From contig NC_087250.1 of NCBI RefSeq assembly GCF_037042905.1, positions 19,160,001 through 19,224,000 of the forward strand: 64,000 nt of DNA, written 5' to 3'. Made by a program: the position numbers and the translations under genes. Of this stretch, positions 13,869 to 27,594 are shown in pieces. Under the pieces are notes generated by a model that ran no database searches, had not been told where the DNA came from, and worked only from the letters and a program-made list of their open reading frames with translations. The stretch is from Lytechinus pictus (taxonomy: Eukaryota). Position 1 is the first letter of the stretch; every line of letters begins with the position of its first letter.

Positions 13869-14163
13869 TTAGAAGTTCATGCTACTGTATTAGAATGACT
13901 TCAACTTAATTTTTCACTGAAATCTGTCAATGTCATTCATTCGCAAAGTTTTACATTCATGTATTGTTAAATTTTCAAGACTTCCAGCACTGCTTCACAT
14001 TCAGTGTTGTGAGCACTGGGCTATTGGTGTTTTAAGCATCATAATTATCATGGAATCCTTTGTTTGAATCTCTGGTACATCATAAAGCACAACATGTCCT
14101 GTGTCATGTATCTGGTGTTAAATGCACAGTGCAGTGTTTTAAACACTCTAATCTAGACTAATA

Positions 14164-14472
14164 GGAGCGTATTCTGAAGCCGGGTTTAACTTAAATTCGG
14201 GTTTAAAGTTGTGCTTTAAGTATGGATAGCCAATTGTTACATAAATCACTAACAGTAGAGATATCATATTTCAGCTCATTTGGCTCTCAAATCATTCATA
14301 ATTGTCTAGGAAGTTTAAATAGATGATTGTTTTCACCATCGATGAATCAGGAAAGAGCACAGTAAACATAAGAAACATACAACTTCATGAAAATTTTGAC
14401 ACTTATGGCTTCCCATAATTTTAGCACAGTTACACCATGGTCTAAGTTAAACCTGACTTCAGAATATGGGCT
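14164..14472. mobile_element. MITE (CGTATTCTGAAGTCGGG family), copy 1
   Basis: Terminal inverted repeats; internal sequence is the inverse of the copy at 17244-17550. Confidence 0.8.
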
Positions 14473-15201
14473 GTAGTGTTTTAAGCACCAAGTCATGAAA
14501 TTAAGCATTTAAACCACTGTAATGTAAAAGCGTTAGAAGCACTGTGTCATACACATGTAATTCAGTGTTTTAGACACCAAAATTCCATCATGTACTTCAA
14601 TGTTATTATGAGCACTAATGTGTTTTCAATATTTCCAGTATTATAGTATACAGTTTATCAGTGTTTATCAGTGGTTATTTTTTTATTTTTGGCCTTGTGT
14701 AATTAAGATTAGGCTTAACTAATTACCTTGAAAAGGATATGAAGCCAAGCTGATCAATATGTTTTCTTTTCTTATTTTGCAATTAATCTTATTTCTTATC
14801 ACACTGCTAAGCAGTAAATATTTTGTGCAATTTTCATTGACCCAACATCATCACGTACATCTCACTCAATACATAGAGGTCACCTTCATGAGTTCATGTA
14901 TTTCAAATTTGCAATACTGTTTAGCCTAAGGTACAGGGTGGATAAAAAAAAAAGAAATCTGTAACATTTTTTTCTGATTAGGATACATACTGTTAGTGTA
15001 CATGTATCTGACAGTGCGAGAAAGCATTTTTCAATGGATTTTAACACGCTTAAAGCCCCTGAAAACCAAGAACAATAGTTTTTATCAAATCTGCTTCTAT
15101 GGGCTTTTAGATGGAAAAACGTGAATGGAAATGATAGTGTCCTGGTACTGTATGCAGATTCTCGTTTCATTCAATCACCATCTTCATTCATAGATACTTA
15201 A

Positions 15202-15781
15202 AGGTCAAGTCCACCCCAGGAAAACGCTGACTTGAATAAATAGAGAAAAATCAAACTAGCATAGTGCTGAAACTTTCATCAAAATCGGATGTAAAATAAG
15301 AAAGTTATGACAATTTAAAGTTTCGCTTTTTTTTCACAAAACAGCGATATGCACAACCAGGTGAGTCAGTCGATGATGTCCCTCACTCACTATTTCTTTT
15401 GTTTTTTATTGTTTGAATCATACAATATTTTATTTTTTATAGATTTGACAATAAGGACAACCTTGACTGAACCATAGACTATTAAACAAAGCTAATTCCA
15501 CATGTTCAGGGAGGAATTAATCATTGTATCACTTGACAATGAGGAGAAAATTAGAATATTTCACATTTCATATAATTAAATACAAAAGAAATAGTGAGTG
15601 GATGATGTAATTTGCATATGAGCCAGGATGTGCATATAACCGTTTTGTGAAATTAAGCGAAATTTTAAAATATCATAACTTTCTTATTTTACATCCGATT
15701 TTGATGAAATTTTCAGTGTTATGCTTGTTGGATTTTTCTCTTTTTATTCAAATCAACTTTGTGTTGGGGTGGACTTGTCCT
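15202..15781. mobile_element. Kolobok-like MITE
   Basis: TTAA TSD on both sides; TIR AGG(T/A)CAAGTCCACCCCA; an end of the same family recurs at ~40822-40862. Confidence 0.85.
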
Positions 15782-17243
15782 TTAAGTTATCACCTTTGCT
15801 TTGGAAATTAGACTGGGCAGTAACAATTTTCACCAGTTTTAGGGCACAATCTCTCTTAATACACTTTATATGTTCTAGTGTTTCAATAATGGTTTTAGGT
15901 TAAACTTGTGCCAGGTCCTGAAAGAAAGAAAAAGGGCTAGTTTTGTTATGATTTTTTGGCTTTGAAGCCATTAGTTAGTATTCATAGACTGAGCATGTTT
16001 GAACTTTGAATATGTATTATTTCTCTGAAACTCATATTTTAGGATTAATGTGTGATTGATTAAGTAGTGCATGGGATTATAGCCTCTAATCTAAATAAAA
16101 TAGTATTATCTTTGAATAGAATTTTCGATATTTTATATAATCTATTTTGTAAGGAAGCATTATACATCATAGTGGATTGCTTTTCATTTCCATCTTGAAT
16201 TATGTAATATTTGAAATAGGGCAACAGGCCCCAGATACCAGTTCTTTAAAATGGTAAGAAAATAATTTCACTTTCATGTTTTCAACAATGTGTGGTTCAT
16301 GAATTATGAAGCAAAAATTGAAAGGGATCTGTGCCTTTTCATATAGGGGGTACATTATCAACCAATGTTTCTGTGAATGTACGTGTTGCTGACTCAAAAC
16401 TGGTCATCTGGTCACAATATTACTTTGTTTTTTATGAAGATGGGCAATTGACAAAATAATGTATTCAAATTGATGAAATCGTAGGTACATTATATGCCAA
16501 CAAGTCACTGGTTTATTCTGAACTTATTTAATGATATTAGCCCATTTTGGGGATTCATAGGAGTAACAGCTGAGTATTATCATTATCATCATGTTGGCTC
16601 TACTGATTATTGCTGTAGCAAAGACCTTCATTTAAAGGTCTTTTCTTTCTTTTTTAGCAAACAAAGTGGTATCTGCAATGGTCCGCCACTTAATGGGATT
16701 TCAGCAAATTATAGTAATGACTAAAGTCAATTCAGATAGGGAGGTAGGGGATGGGGGGGGGGGAGATGAAGCCTAAAATGTCATAAAATTATATTTAATT
16801 TTCTCATGTATAAAGAAACAAGGAAGGGGGGTTCATATCGGAAGATTTGTTGAGAGCTTTTGATTGCACAAGTTTTATGAACCGGGTCATCAAGAGAGTG
16901 ATTGAATTAGTTCTAATAGATGACATTGCAGTTTGGGGTATTTTTCTTTTTTTTCTGTCTTTTTTTAAGTTTTAGATATACCAAAGGAGTTTACTATTTA
17001 GGTGTAGATGTTGAAATAATTTAGTTACTAGTAAGACAATGCATTTTAAATGTATTTTGTTCTATTATGTGTTTTCTTGCTTTTGAATTATGATGTAGCG
17101 TCAAATGACAGTAAAATGAATAAAACTATAAGTAATTAAGCCCCGACGAGTTTTAATTTTTCTTCCTCCTTTTTTCTTTTTTTTTAGCAATCGGATCAAT
17201 GAGAGATACTTGGACTGAAGGTTTTAAAGAGAGTATTGTCTAT

Positions 17244-17550
17244 GGCCCGTATTCTGAAGTCGGGTTTAACTTAAACTCAGGTTTAAAGTTGTGGTTTAAG
17301 TATGGGAATCCAAAAGTATCAATTTTTTTTTAAGTTGTACATTTCTTATTTTTTACTGTGCTCTTTCCTGATTCATCGATGGTAAAGACAATAATCTGAT
17401 ATACTTCCTAGACAATTATGAATGATTTGAGAGCCAAATGGGCTGAGATATATCTCTATCGTTAGTGATTTATGTAACAATTGGCTTCCCATACTTAAAC
17501 CACAACTTTAAACCTGAGTTTAAGTTAAACCCGACTTCAGAATACGGGCC
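17244..17550. mobile_element. MITE (GGCCCGTATTCTGAAGTCGGG family), copy 2
   Basis: Near-perfect ~64-bp TIRs. Confidence 0.85.
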
Positions 17551-18065
17551 AGAGTGTGTGTGTGTGGGGGGTATAGAGAAATGAATATTGAGGGTACGGG
17601 AGCAGAGCGATAGGGGGTTGGCTAGAGAGGGAGAGAGAGAGATAGGAAGAGAGGAAATAATGAAAGTGAAAAGAAATAAAATTAGGTAGTGCTGAAAAGA
17701 CAGAGATATAAACATGGTGAAAAAGCGGTAAGTGATGGAAAGTGGTAGAACCAAATAGAGGAAAAAGGGGGAAGTTTGGCAAAAAGGGGAGAGAAATAAA
17801 TAGAGGGATCATGGGATCACGAGAGGCGAAGGGAGCGAAATAGAGTGGAGAAACGGCTGGATGGGAACAAGGGTAGGTTTCGAATGAGCAGGTGTACACT
17901 AGCAGATTATTGTAATTTGTTATACAAGATAATTATAGGGGGAGAAAGAGAGAGAGAGAGAGTGGGGGGGGGGGGGGGTTGATGCCGGCTGACAGAGGAA
18001 GAGATGGGAGGGGCGAGACAGGGGAAGATGGTGAGATATAGGTTTTGAAGAGATGGAGATAGAGC
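17551..18065. repeat. Purine-rich low-complexity tract
   Basis: GA/GGA-rich sequence with (GA)n and (G)n runs. Confidence 0.75.
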
Positions 18066-18984
18066 GAACCACGCAAAATGCTAAATACAGTGCCATTGAC
18101 TATATGAACAGTTCAATCGATCATGATTAATTTAAAGATTAACTTAAATTTTTTTTTTTTTTTTAAAGATATTAAACACTATAGTTTTAACTGCTAAGGC
18201 AGCTACATGCTTAAAGTTTATGTAGTGAATAGCATTGCATACAACTTTTAAACAGCGATTTTACTGGGCAGAAATGGGATAGGGAACGAGGAAGAAATTT
18301 AGGGACTCGGGCAGGCCGGAGGAGAATATTATCACTGTTTGTTAGAAATGCCAACAAACGAATCAATTTGAAAAGAGAGAGGCTGGAAATATGGAGATGG
18401 GAGGGGGGTGGGGGATGTTTGTAGAGGGAGAGAGAGAGATTACAAAATGAGTGAGCAATTCTTATTGATACGAATTCAGGATCAGGCCTACAATAGGTCC
18501 TATGTTTAGTTATTTTGTTTTTTTAACACTATATCTGTTTACAATTATATAGAAACTAATTAAAAACCAAAATTAAGGCATGAGGCCAAATTAAAAAAAA
18601 ATGATAGTGGTCCCCCCCCCCCCCCCCCCGTCTAGTGCTGTCCCTGGCAACATATGAACATTTTGTTAGGAGCTCCATTGATTTGCATGAACGAAGTCCA
18701 CAGCAAAAAATTCTATTTTTCTGAACTGTCATGATTTTTTTCTTCAAGTTGTTGATTTTGAAAGTTGTTGATCAATAAAAATAGCGCCAGCTTTAGACGA
18801 ACAAAGTTATCTCTATGGTCCGAGTCGAATTTCTGTGATGATATTCCAGATTTGAGAAGGTAGTATTAAAGTTGTCTGAAACTGTTTTATGTCATGAATC
18901 GATAAATCTAAATAATCAGAAAAAGGAGAATACATTGTTAGTGTTTGTGTGTTTATTTTATGTACAACAACACAAGACAAGTGT

Positions 18985-19071
18985 TTTTTTCTTCCTCGCC
19001 GGCTCAGCGAATTCCCGGAGCGAGTTGACCCGACTGCGGACGCCAGCCGCAGCCGACATGGCCGACGGCTG
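18985..19071 (+). other. Probable 5'UTR exon of the plus-strand ZNF gene (start approximate)
   Basis: Local CpG-rich patch ending in donor TG|GTGAGA (GT at 19072); linkage to the ZNF gene is inferred. Confidence 0.5.
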
Positions 19072-19403
19072 GTGAGAGGAGGGCCAGCGCTGCTAGCTGC
19101 TGAAACGAGAACACCAGCAACGTCATCATCACCTATGATGCATATTTTCTAGATATATTCATTTATTTCTTGAGTGGGTGTGCGTGCTTCTCGATTAATA
19201 AATCACACTTTTCGTTGAGTTTGACATTGACTTTGTCTTGACCCTGTGCAATTTTATGTAGAAAAATTAATAATATGAAATTATGAGCATGATGAGTATG
19301 AAAACAAATCAAAGTCAAACTCAAAGAAAGACGAGTCAAATAAAATAGTGAAATAGATTGCCTTCCATACACTGTATGCAAGTTACATTGAATGATTCAT
19401 TGG

Positions 19404-20829
19404 GTGCTAATGCAGTTTCGCACCGGCCGATCTGGCACTTAGAATTTAGAAAACTATTTTTCAACTGAATTTTTGTCAATATCTACACTCCCCCTACTAG
19501 TACCACTACCAGTACTCAGTAGAGGCGCACGGCCAATATGGGAGACTCTCTCCAATAGGGGAGACAATCTCCCACATTGGAGACTTGCTTTGCAAAAGGA
19601 CAAAAGAAACAACACCAACAAAAGCATGATTTTTTCCACCCAAAATTTTGTCTCACTGAGGTCAGAAGCCCATATGTTTTGTGTGTGATTGACAACAAAA
19701 ATCCTTATCAAAACAAAAGTAGACGCTGAATTTTTAAAGTAGACGGTGAAAAGGGGTAATTTTTCATGAGGAATCTCCTTATCACATTTTTATTTGCCGC
19801 CAAGGTAATCCTTTTGCAGCAAATGTAAACAAAGGAAATTGGTCTCCAAAACTGGAGACTGTCTCTGAAATTAGATACCCAAATTCTTTACAAAAGTCTC
19901 TGATATTGGAGATAATCTCCCACATTGGAGACAGTCTCCAGACTCCAATATTGGCCGTGCGCCTCTACTGCCTACAGTGTATTCTATCGTTAGTAATACT
20001 ACTATAGGAATCCTAGTATTACTAACGATAGAATACACTGTAGATATTGACAAAATTTCAGACAAAAATTCAGTTGAAAAATAGTTTTCTAAATTCTAAC
20101 CTTGCCAGATCGGCCGGTGCGAAACTGCATTGGATCATAACCTGAATAAATATCGGAAAGCTTTGGCTTGAAACCTCGATGTCGTCCCTCAAATTCTCAG
20201 ACAAACTTCGCTCAATCAGCCATCCACCTCTGTAGTTTTAATATGGACTGAACTGAAATTAACGACCAAAAGATCTGCTGATGGAAGCGGAAGCTCGCCC
20301 ATGTGTTTGCAAGATGGTCGCTAATTTCATTCAATATCAAAACTACGGCAATGGCCAAGCGCTGCCATGTCCGACTGAGAATTTGAACTATATGACATTG
20401 AGATTGAAGCCGAAATACAGCCGTTCCAAATGCCTGATTGATGTGACTGAAATTAAGTTCAAGCTAGGATTGATATTAGATATTTGACAAAAAATGCAGA
20501 TAAAATTTGAGGTGAAATTAGTTTCCTAACATCGCAAGGTCGGCCGGTGTGAAACTGAATTAGAGCGGGCTGCTGCAGGAAGATTTTTAGTCAGTAACTT
20601 CAGTTCAGTCCATATCAAAACTACGACGATGGCTGATCGAGACATCGAGTGAAGTCTGACTGAAAATTTGAAGGATGAGATTGAAGCAGAAATACAGCCA
20701 TTCCCGATGCCTGACGTGGCTGAAATTCAAGTCAAGGATTAGATAATTGGCCAAAGATTCAGACAAATTTGAGGTGAAATTCATTTCCTAACATCGCCAG
20801 GTCGGCCGGTGGAAAACTGCATTAGCGCT
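19404..20829. mobile_element. Composite TIR element with nested MITE (19517-19970) and hairpin (19972-20043)
   Basis: GCTAATGCAGTTTCGCACCGGCCGA left end with inverted copies ending near 20131, 20563 and 20826; nested TIR CAGTAGAGGCGCACGGCCAATAT. Confidence 0.7.
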
Positions 20830-21109
20830 GCACCGGCCCTTGGTCTTGAGTGGCAGCTACGGTTTAGCCTTACGTTGCCAAACTAATCCTGGCCTGGGCC
20901 ATACAAACCTTGCACTCGCCTGACTGGGGGGGGGGGGGGGCATTTCTGAGTGGGCTTGGGTAGAGCCTAAAAAAATTTGTGATATAGGCCCCCCAATTTT
21001 CCCTGTCTTGTAATCGATAACAAATCATTTCAGCCTTCTTTTTTTTTTTTATACAGATCTTCATCCAGTATTTCTTTGGTCATACTGGTCCCTGTGCTGT
21101 GTGTGTATA

Positions 21110-21176
21110 ATGGATAACTCAAATCCAGCTGTTATCACCGTTAAACAAGAACCAGACGAACTTCAAAACCAGGATG
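21110..21176 (+). CDS. C2H2 zinc-finger gene A, first coding exon (MDNSNPAVITVKQEPDELQNQD)
   Basis: Acceptor poly(T)ATACAG| at 21056, ATG at 21110, phase-1 donor G|GTGAGA at 21177; VKQE SUMO-type motif; frame-compatible with the next exon. Confidence 0.75.
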
Positions 21177-22118
21177 GTGAGACTTCATTCTATTCACTTA
21201 AGATCTGTTCAATGCTTCTTGTTATTAATTCAACTTTAAATCCATTTGATATTTTAATTTATTTCATTCCTTAGCCTTAAATGTAGATATTTTCAGGGTA
21301 AGGCTTAAGGATTCCCATTTCACTACAAATGGGGGGGGGGGGGGGGTATTTGAAAAGCAAAAATATCCAAACCCATTGAGAGGGGCTATCAAGACATTCC
21401 TATTTATTCCTTTATGTTATAAACTGAATTTTTTGTAATTGTTGAATTCAGTGCATGTGAGATTGTATCAGTAATCAGTATCATATCAATTTAGGATTTA
21501 AAATTAAAGTGATCATTTCACTTTGTTCTGATTTAAAAAATTCTCCTTTTGGTTCCTGAAAATGGGCTAAACATTAGGCTTATAGTGTAAAAATGCCATC
21601 CCAAAAGTTTCAAAGTATTATATTTACAGGATCAATTTTAAAACCTTGGAGATGTAAACCAAAGTTTGAAATAATTGGGAGTTGGTTTCAATGACTTTGT
21701 GTATACAGGGAATCTAGATGAACACAGCATGACCTACATACAGTGTGTACAAGGTATACACTGAATGTACAGTGCAGCTAATAGTGTGTGTATAGGAGAT
21801 ACACACAACAGAAGGCAGTCAAAATAGCCAACAGACTTTTTAAATTGGAGAAAACTGGTCATAAGCTGAACCCGTCTACTAGACGGTTCTCAAAATCAGG
21901 CTAATAAATTGCTACTTGTATCTAAATTAGAGTTTTTCATCCTATATTGTGGTCTGTTTCAGGGTTTTTGAGGACAAATACAGGCACTCATACGCACGTT
22001 TCAACTCAGTTTGAGAATTTGTTTAATCAGCTGCTCACAAAGTTAAACGATCCCTTTAAATGGATGAGGCATAGACTTCTTGATAGAATGACCATTACAT
22101 TTTTTTCTTGCAATGCAG

Positions 22119-23626
22119 AAGAAGATCAAGGGTGTCTGGTAGCTGTGGAGCAACCTGAAGCAAACCAACCACAAGATAAGTCAAGGAAAGTCACTGTAGA
22201 GAGAGCCGGGAATGCTTGTGGTGCCTTACCGGATGATCAGAACCCACTGGACTCCTGCGCAGGAGGCCATCCTGCAACAGGTCCAAATTGCAGTAGCAGG
22301 ATTCCTTCGGGGTGTATACCTAGTGAGCCACCTGGCATGGAAGCCACTGATACAAGAAGTGCAAGATTCCAAGAATCAGATGTTGGCTCTCAGCAGCAGG
22401 ATTGTCCATTGACACAACAGGGCATGCTTTCAACTAACTGTGATAAAAGTATCGACCAGATTCCATCGACAGTTAAGAATGAAGGTTCTTGTCGTGTTAT
22501 CCCAGGACAGCAGCACCATAATGGGAGCGGGACAGGTGTCTCTAGTGTTTATTCGGGAGTTCTTTCGAGGCGAGATGGTCGTGAAATGAGCTCCCTGGAA
22601 AGAAGATATTTTTATGGTTCAGAGGATTGTACCGTCGATCAGGAGATGATAGGTAGTTTAAATGCAAGCCGACATAAACTTGATGTAAACTCAAGTAATC
22701 TAGGGTATGAAATGGTGCCAGCTAGTCAAACAGTGAGATTAGAGAGTAAAACTGCTGCAAGTGGGACCATGATTCATGAATCGGGAGTTGCTATTCGCTG
22801 TCAGGAAGACCTGCCACCGCAAGGAAACAAGGAGACTGATGCCTTTGAAGGAACATCTGCAGCAGCATCAATTGATGAAGAAGCGCAAGTTGTCCAGGAG
22901 CAAGAGGGAAAGGTTGATGACAAACCTTCGCAATGCAAGATATGCCATAAATTTTTCTTACATGTCAAAGTCCACATGAGGGTCCATACTTCAGACCGTC
23001 CATTCAAATGCAGTTTCTGCGACAAGGGCTTTATCGAAAAGCGCCACCTGGACAATCACATGCGCAGCCACACGGGTGAGAAGCCGTTCAAATGCCCCGT
23101 CTGCGCAAAAGCGTTCAGCCGCGAGACGCACCTGACCTATCACCTGCGGACCCATACTGGGATCAAGCCGTTTTCCTGCGAGACCTGCGGAAGGAGCTTC
23201 GGCCGTAAGGGCGACCTGACAGTTCACATGCGGATCCATACAGGCGAACGCCCTTTCCCGTGCAAGCTGTGCGATAAGACCTTCGGGACACAGAGCAACC
23301 TCACCCTTCACATGCGCAGCCATACAGGGGAGCGACCTTACGAGTGCACCGCTTGCCCCAAGACCTTCAAATCCAAAAGCGATCTCATCAAGCACGTCCG
23401 CGTGCATACGGGGGAGAAACCATTCAAGTGCAAGGTGTGTGACAGGTATTTCCGCGCGACCTCTGACCTCAAGCGGCATATGCGTGGCCACACCAACGAG
23501 AAACCATACAAATGTGACGTGTGTCTTAAGGAATTCAGCTCGGATTGCTATCTCCCTAAACATGCCTGTACTGGTGCTCCAAAGATTAAGAATGTCACTA
23601 CTGATCAAACTGAACCAAAAAGTTGA
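22119..23626 (+). CDS. C2H2 zinc-finger gene A, terminal coding exon (~8 fingers; full protein ~524 aa)
   Basis: Phase-1 acceptor TTTTTTCTTGCAATGCAG| at 22118; tandem CxxC..HxxxH fingers with TGEKP/TGERP linkers; last finger is C2HC-like. Confidence 0.92.
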
Positions 23627-23706
23627 ACATATACAGTATCAACTTTGCTTTATTTACTACTAGTAATAGATTCCCATATTTTGTGTATCACCATGTAGTC
23701 TCCATC

Positions 23707-23885
23707 AGGCGAGTGTTTCATAAAGCTGTTTATAAATTTTGATTGACTTTATGCATGACTCGTGACCCTTATTCTAAAGGGTCCCCTATGTAGCTTACTT
23801 AGCATCCAAGTCTTCTAAAGAACACGCGCTCTAGGTGTGCCAGAAGTCGTGTGTAACTTTATGCAGCTGCTTTATGAAACCCACT
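23707..23885. mobile_element. Short decayed MITE downstream of ZNF gene A
   Basis: GTTTCATAAAGCTG...CAGCTGCTTTATGAAAC inverted ends. Confidence 0.55.
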
Positions 23886-25059
23886 TATTCACCTGATCTG
23901 GTTCAAGATGTACATCTATATGTTGTTTACACAAAACTTGATGATGCATCAGAGAATTAATTTGTAAAATTGAATGCACTGGTCATTCTGTGCAGTCAGT
24001 TATATGAATCCACTCTGTAATATCCAAAATAATTGTATAACTGGACTTGGATATCAACAGTTTAGTGATATTCGGCCAAGTGGATGGTGGATAATATGGG
24101 CAATGCTTTACTTTGAATTTGCATTAAACAAAGTACATGTAGTAAATGGGCTTAAATGATATTGCATTCATAGCAAATGGGTTTAGTAGAGTAGTTAGTG
24201 ACAAAATGATTATGGACAGCACATGGTAATGATTCTGAAAGCACCAACTGACTTAGCCCAAAGTTGTATACACTGCTGAGATGAAAAAGAAAGGTTCAAA
24301 TTGTAAAAACTGAACAGAAATACAGGTGGACATTAAGCATATTCAATGTGATATTACTAAATGTAAGCTGCAGTCTATTCTATATTTGGTTGAACTATGT
24401 GCTGTTTTTGTATGAGAAAATGAAGTTTATTGATTTCTTGCCCTGAAACTCAAATAACTCAAGTCATTTATCAGTAATTTACAGTGCAATATTTTTATTT
24501 GAGCACAGAAATATATTGTCTATTATTTTTTTGTTCATTGTCTGTATGGTACATGTATGCCAAGTTGCCAACAGTCTTTTGTTTCTATTTATTCAAGATT
24601 AAAAAATTTCCAAATATTGAGAATTATGGTGTGTTGCAAGAAACTTTGACAGTCAATTACAAATCAAGCAACCAATTACTACTGTTGATTAATCACTTGC
24701 CTATGAGCATTTCCATCGATGTAAATTGGATTCCCAAAGAAACTTTACAAGCGCACTACACAAATTCCAATCAGTCAAAATGAACAAAATTTTGACACAG
24801 GCTAGCTTCAATAATCTTTATTAAGAGATTGGTTTAATCACAAAGAGGCTGTTGCTCCTCAAATCAATTGGTTCCGGAATCCAAAGTCACGAAATGGCAA
24901 AAGAAAGACCAATGAGATGGGATGAGGAGGCCTCCCCCCCCCCTGAGATCTTGCCCGTTGGCCGCGCGATCACACCGAAAATTGGCAGACAAGTTGTGTT
25001 GGACATAATCTACAAAATTGTGTAGTAATCTATTTCATGCAAGTTGCTATTAAGTGATT

Positions 25060-26159
25060 AACTAGCACATCAATGATGTGGAGCTCATCCGGCTTCTCGC
25101 AACAAAATTTAATGCAATTTTGATTTCAGCCCAGTTGACACTAGTGAATTATATTGGTGACATAAATTGAGGATATAGAATTGAAATTGATGAAGAAATG
25201 ACATAGAAGCATTTTTTGTGATCTATGAATAAATTTCCTATAAATTAAGCATAAATAATTTTCTAGTCAAAATTTCTTTAATTCTGTGTAGAACCTTAGT
25301 GAACCTCATGTAGCTCTCAGATGGAACAAAAATAATCAAAATCAATCAACAAATACATAAGTAATTTGTGTGAATTTTGAAAATATATGAATAAATTATC
25401 TGTGTCCTTTTTTTTGTATCACCACCTCGAGCTATCATATAAAGCAAACAAAATTGAAATTGATCAACAAATGAAGAAGAAAAAACATTTTTTGTGATTT
25501 ATGAATGAATTTTGCATAAATTAGCATAAATAATTTTCTAGACAAAATTTCAAAATTTTGTGTACAAGTTTGGTAAACCTCACGCAGCTCTACCAGATGA
25601 AAGAAAAAAAATCAAAATCTGTCAAACAAAGAAGAAGAGGCATTTTCTGTGATTTATGATTAAATTTTGCATAAATTAGCATAAATAATTTGCTACTGAA
25701 AATTTCAAAATTAAATTCTGTGTAAAAGTTTGGTGAACCTCATGAAGTTCTACCAGATGGAAGAAAAAATCAAAATCGGTCAACAAATAAAGAAGCATTT
25801 TATGTGAATTTTTAAAAATATGCATAAATTAATTTCACATAAATTAGCATAAAAATTGTTCTGGTCAAAATTCTGTGTACAAATTTGGTGAACCTCATGA
25901 AGTTCTACCAGATGGAAGAAAAAAAATCAAAATCGGTCAACAAATAAAGAAGAAGCATTTTTTGTGAATTTTGAAAAATGCGCATATTTAATGAATTTCA
26001 AAATTCTGTGAAGAAGTTTTGAATCCCCCCACCTAGTGCTATCATATAAAGCAAACAATTGAAATCGGACTTGAAATGGCGAAGAAGAAGCATTTTGAAA
26101 TTGTGGACGGACGCCACGGCATAAGCTCATTTGGCCCTTCGGGCCGGATGAGCTAAAAA
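25060..26159 (-). mobile_element. Helentron-associated (HINE/DINE/pearl-like) element with internal tandem repeats
   Basis: subTIR AGCTCATCCGGC (25082) / GCCGGATGAGCT (26143), terminal hairpin CACATCA-A-TGATGTG, GGAC microsatellite seed, internal ~150-bp tandem units, T-run end. Confidence 0.75.
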
Positions 26160-26286
26160 TGCTAATTTATGCGTAATTAGTGTGCGAAATCATACTTTTT
26201 CTTCTAATTCCATAAATAAAGCTCCAGATGTTCTAATTTTTGGTAAAGAAACTCTTTGTGTACATGAAAATATTGCAATATCAGAT

Positions 26287-26535
26287 CAGGGGCGGATCCA
26301 GGATTTTCCAAGAGGGGGCAAATTTTTGGAGGAAAATTTTGACAAGCCAAAAAAAACCAAAAAAGGTTTTCAACCACAAATAAAGGATATTTTCATACCT
26401 GAAAAAATTTGACAAGCAAAAAAAAAAAAAGTCCTCGATTTCAACAGAAGAGGCACACCTCTGTTTTAATGGCATGGCATCTTTACATTACAAATTTTAA
26501 TTTTGCTTCTCAAAGGGGGGGGGGGCACGTGCCTG
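26287..26535. mobile_element. hAT-like MITE
   Basis: CAGG...CCTG termini; exact 8-bp TSD TATCAGAT. Confidence 0.8.
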
Positions 26536-27594
26536 TATCAGATGAATTTCTTACAGTATGTATTATATTGTTTTTTTGCAATTTCTTATGTATTTCATTG
26601 TTCTTGGACCTTTTGTTTTTCATTGTTTTTTCAATGAAATTAGTGGACTCTTCTGAGATCATAAACAGTTTAAAATAAATACATTTTGACCAGGAAAACT
26701 AAAAATAATCATGCATTTATGATTTTTGGTTGAAAACACGATTTGCATTGACTTTATACACAAAATCATGTTTTTGAGCAATTTTTGCTCTGACATGCAC
26801 TTACGTAATGTTGCGTAATTTCGGAACCGCGTACCCAGGTGACGCAAAACTGGTTTCAAAGGTTGAAAGTAAAAAGTCAGAGAGCAGCGCAGTCAAAAAA
26901 TATTGTGTGATAGGGTTAAACCAAATGGTCATTCTTTGCTTGACCGCTATTGAGTCCTATTCATGCATTATTCTTCTTTGACCTCAATAGATGTGTAAAA
27001 AATGTTAGTTTTAACTTCCTGTAAAATTGAGGCAATCATTTAAACATGCCGATAGTCATACTGAGAGCTTTGATAAACTGGGAAGTTTGTTTAATCCCAT
27101 CTCATTTTCATTGGTCGTCTTTTGCCATTTGCTGACTTTGGATTCTGAAACCAACTGTTGTGAGGGGCTATAGCCTCTCTGTGATTGAGCCAATCTCTTA
27201 ATTATTGACATGCTTAGTAAAGATTTGTTTATTGAAGCTAGCCTGTGTCAAAATTTTGTTGTGACTCTCCAGATCAAATCTATTTATTTGACAAATCAGA
27301 GAAAACTAACTAACACTATCAAGAGTTCTGTTTGATTCTAAATTTTGTGATTTGATCATTTTTAACAGGAAGGTTTTGGGTATTAATTTGAAATATGATT
27401 CAATCATGTTTCACTATTTGCTAAATCTTTAATCTTGGTTATTTATTTATTAGCTAAAATTGACTCAACTTAAAGCTCAGTTTTTCATTATGAAAATGTA
27501 TTTTCTTCTTTTGTATGTTCAAATGATGTCTGTAAAAGTGTCATTGTGCCCCAATTGTATCATGTTGGAAACGCGATGCCCTTCCACACGCCAG

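Larger units (their letters stand above)
24786..27257. mobile_element. Nested TE cluster bounded by ~140-160 bp inverted arms
   Basis: 24786-24923 is the inverse of 27094-27257 (TTTTGACACAGGCTAGCTTCAATA / TATTGAAGCTAGCCTGTGTCAAAA). Confidence 0.7.

Noticed and set aside
21947..22118. N-terminal 57 aa of the 559-aa ORF
   Set aside because: It starts at TTG and lies upstream of a clear splice acceptor, so it is most likely intronic.
22991..23608. 205-aa antisense ORF, and plus-strand ORFs over 37483-38511
   Set aside because: These are shadow ORFs of zinc-finger codon periodicity.
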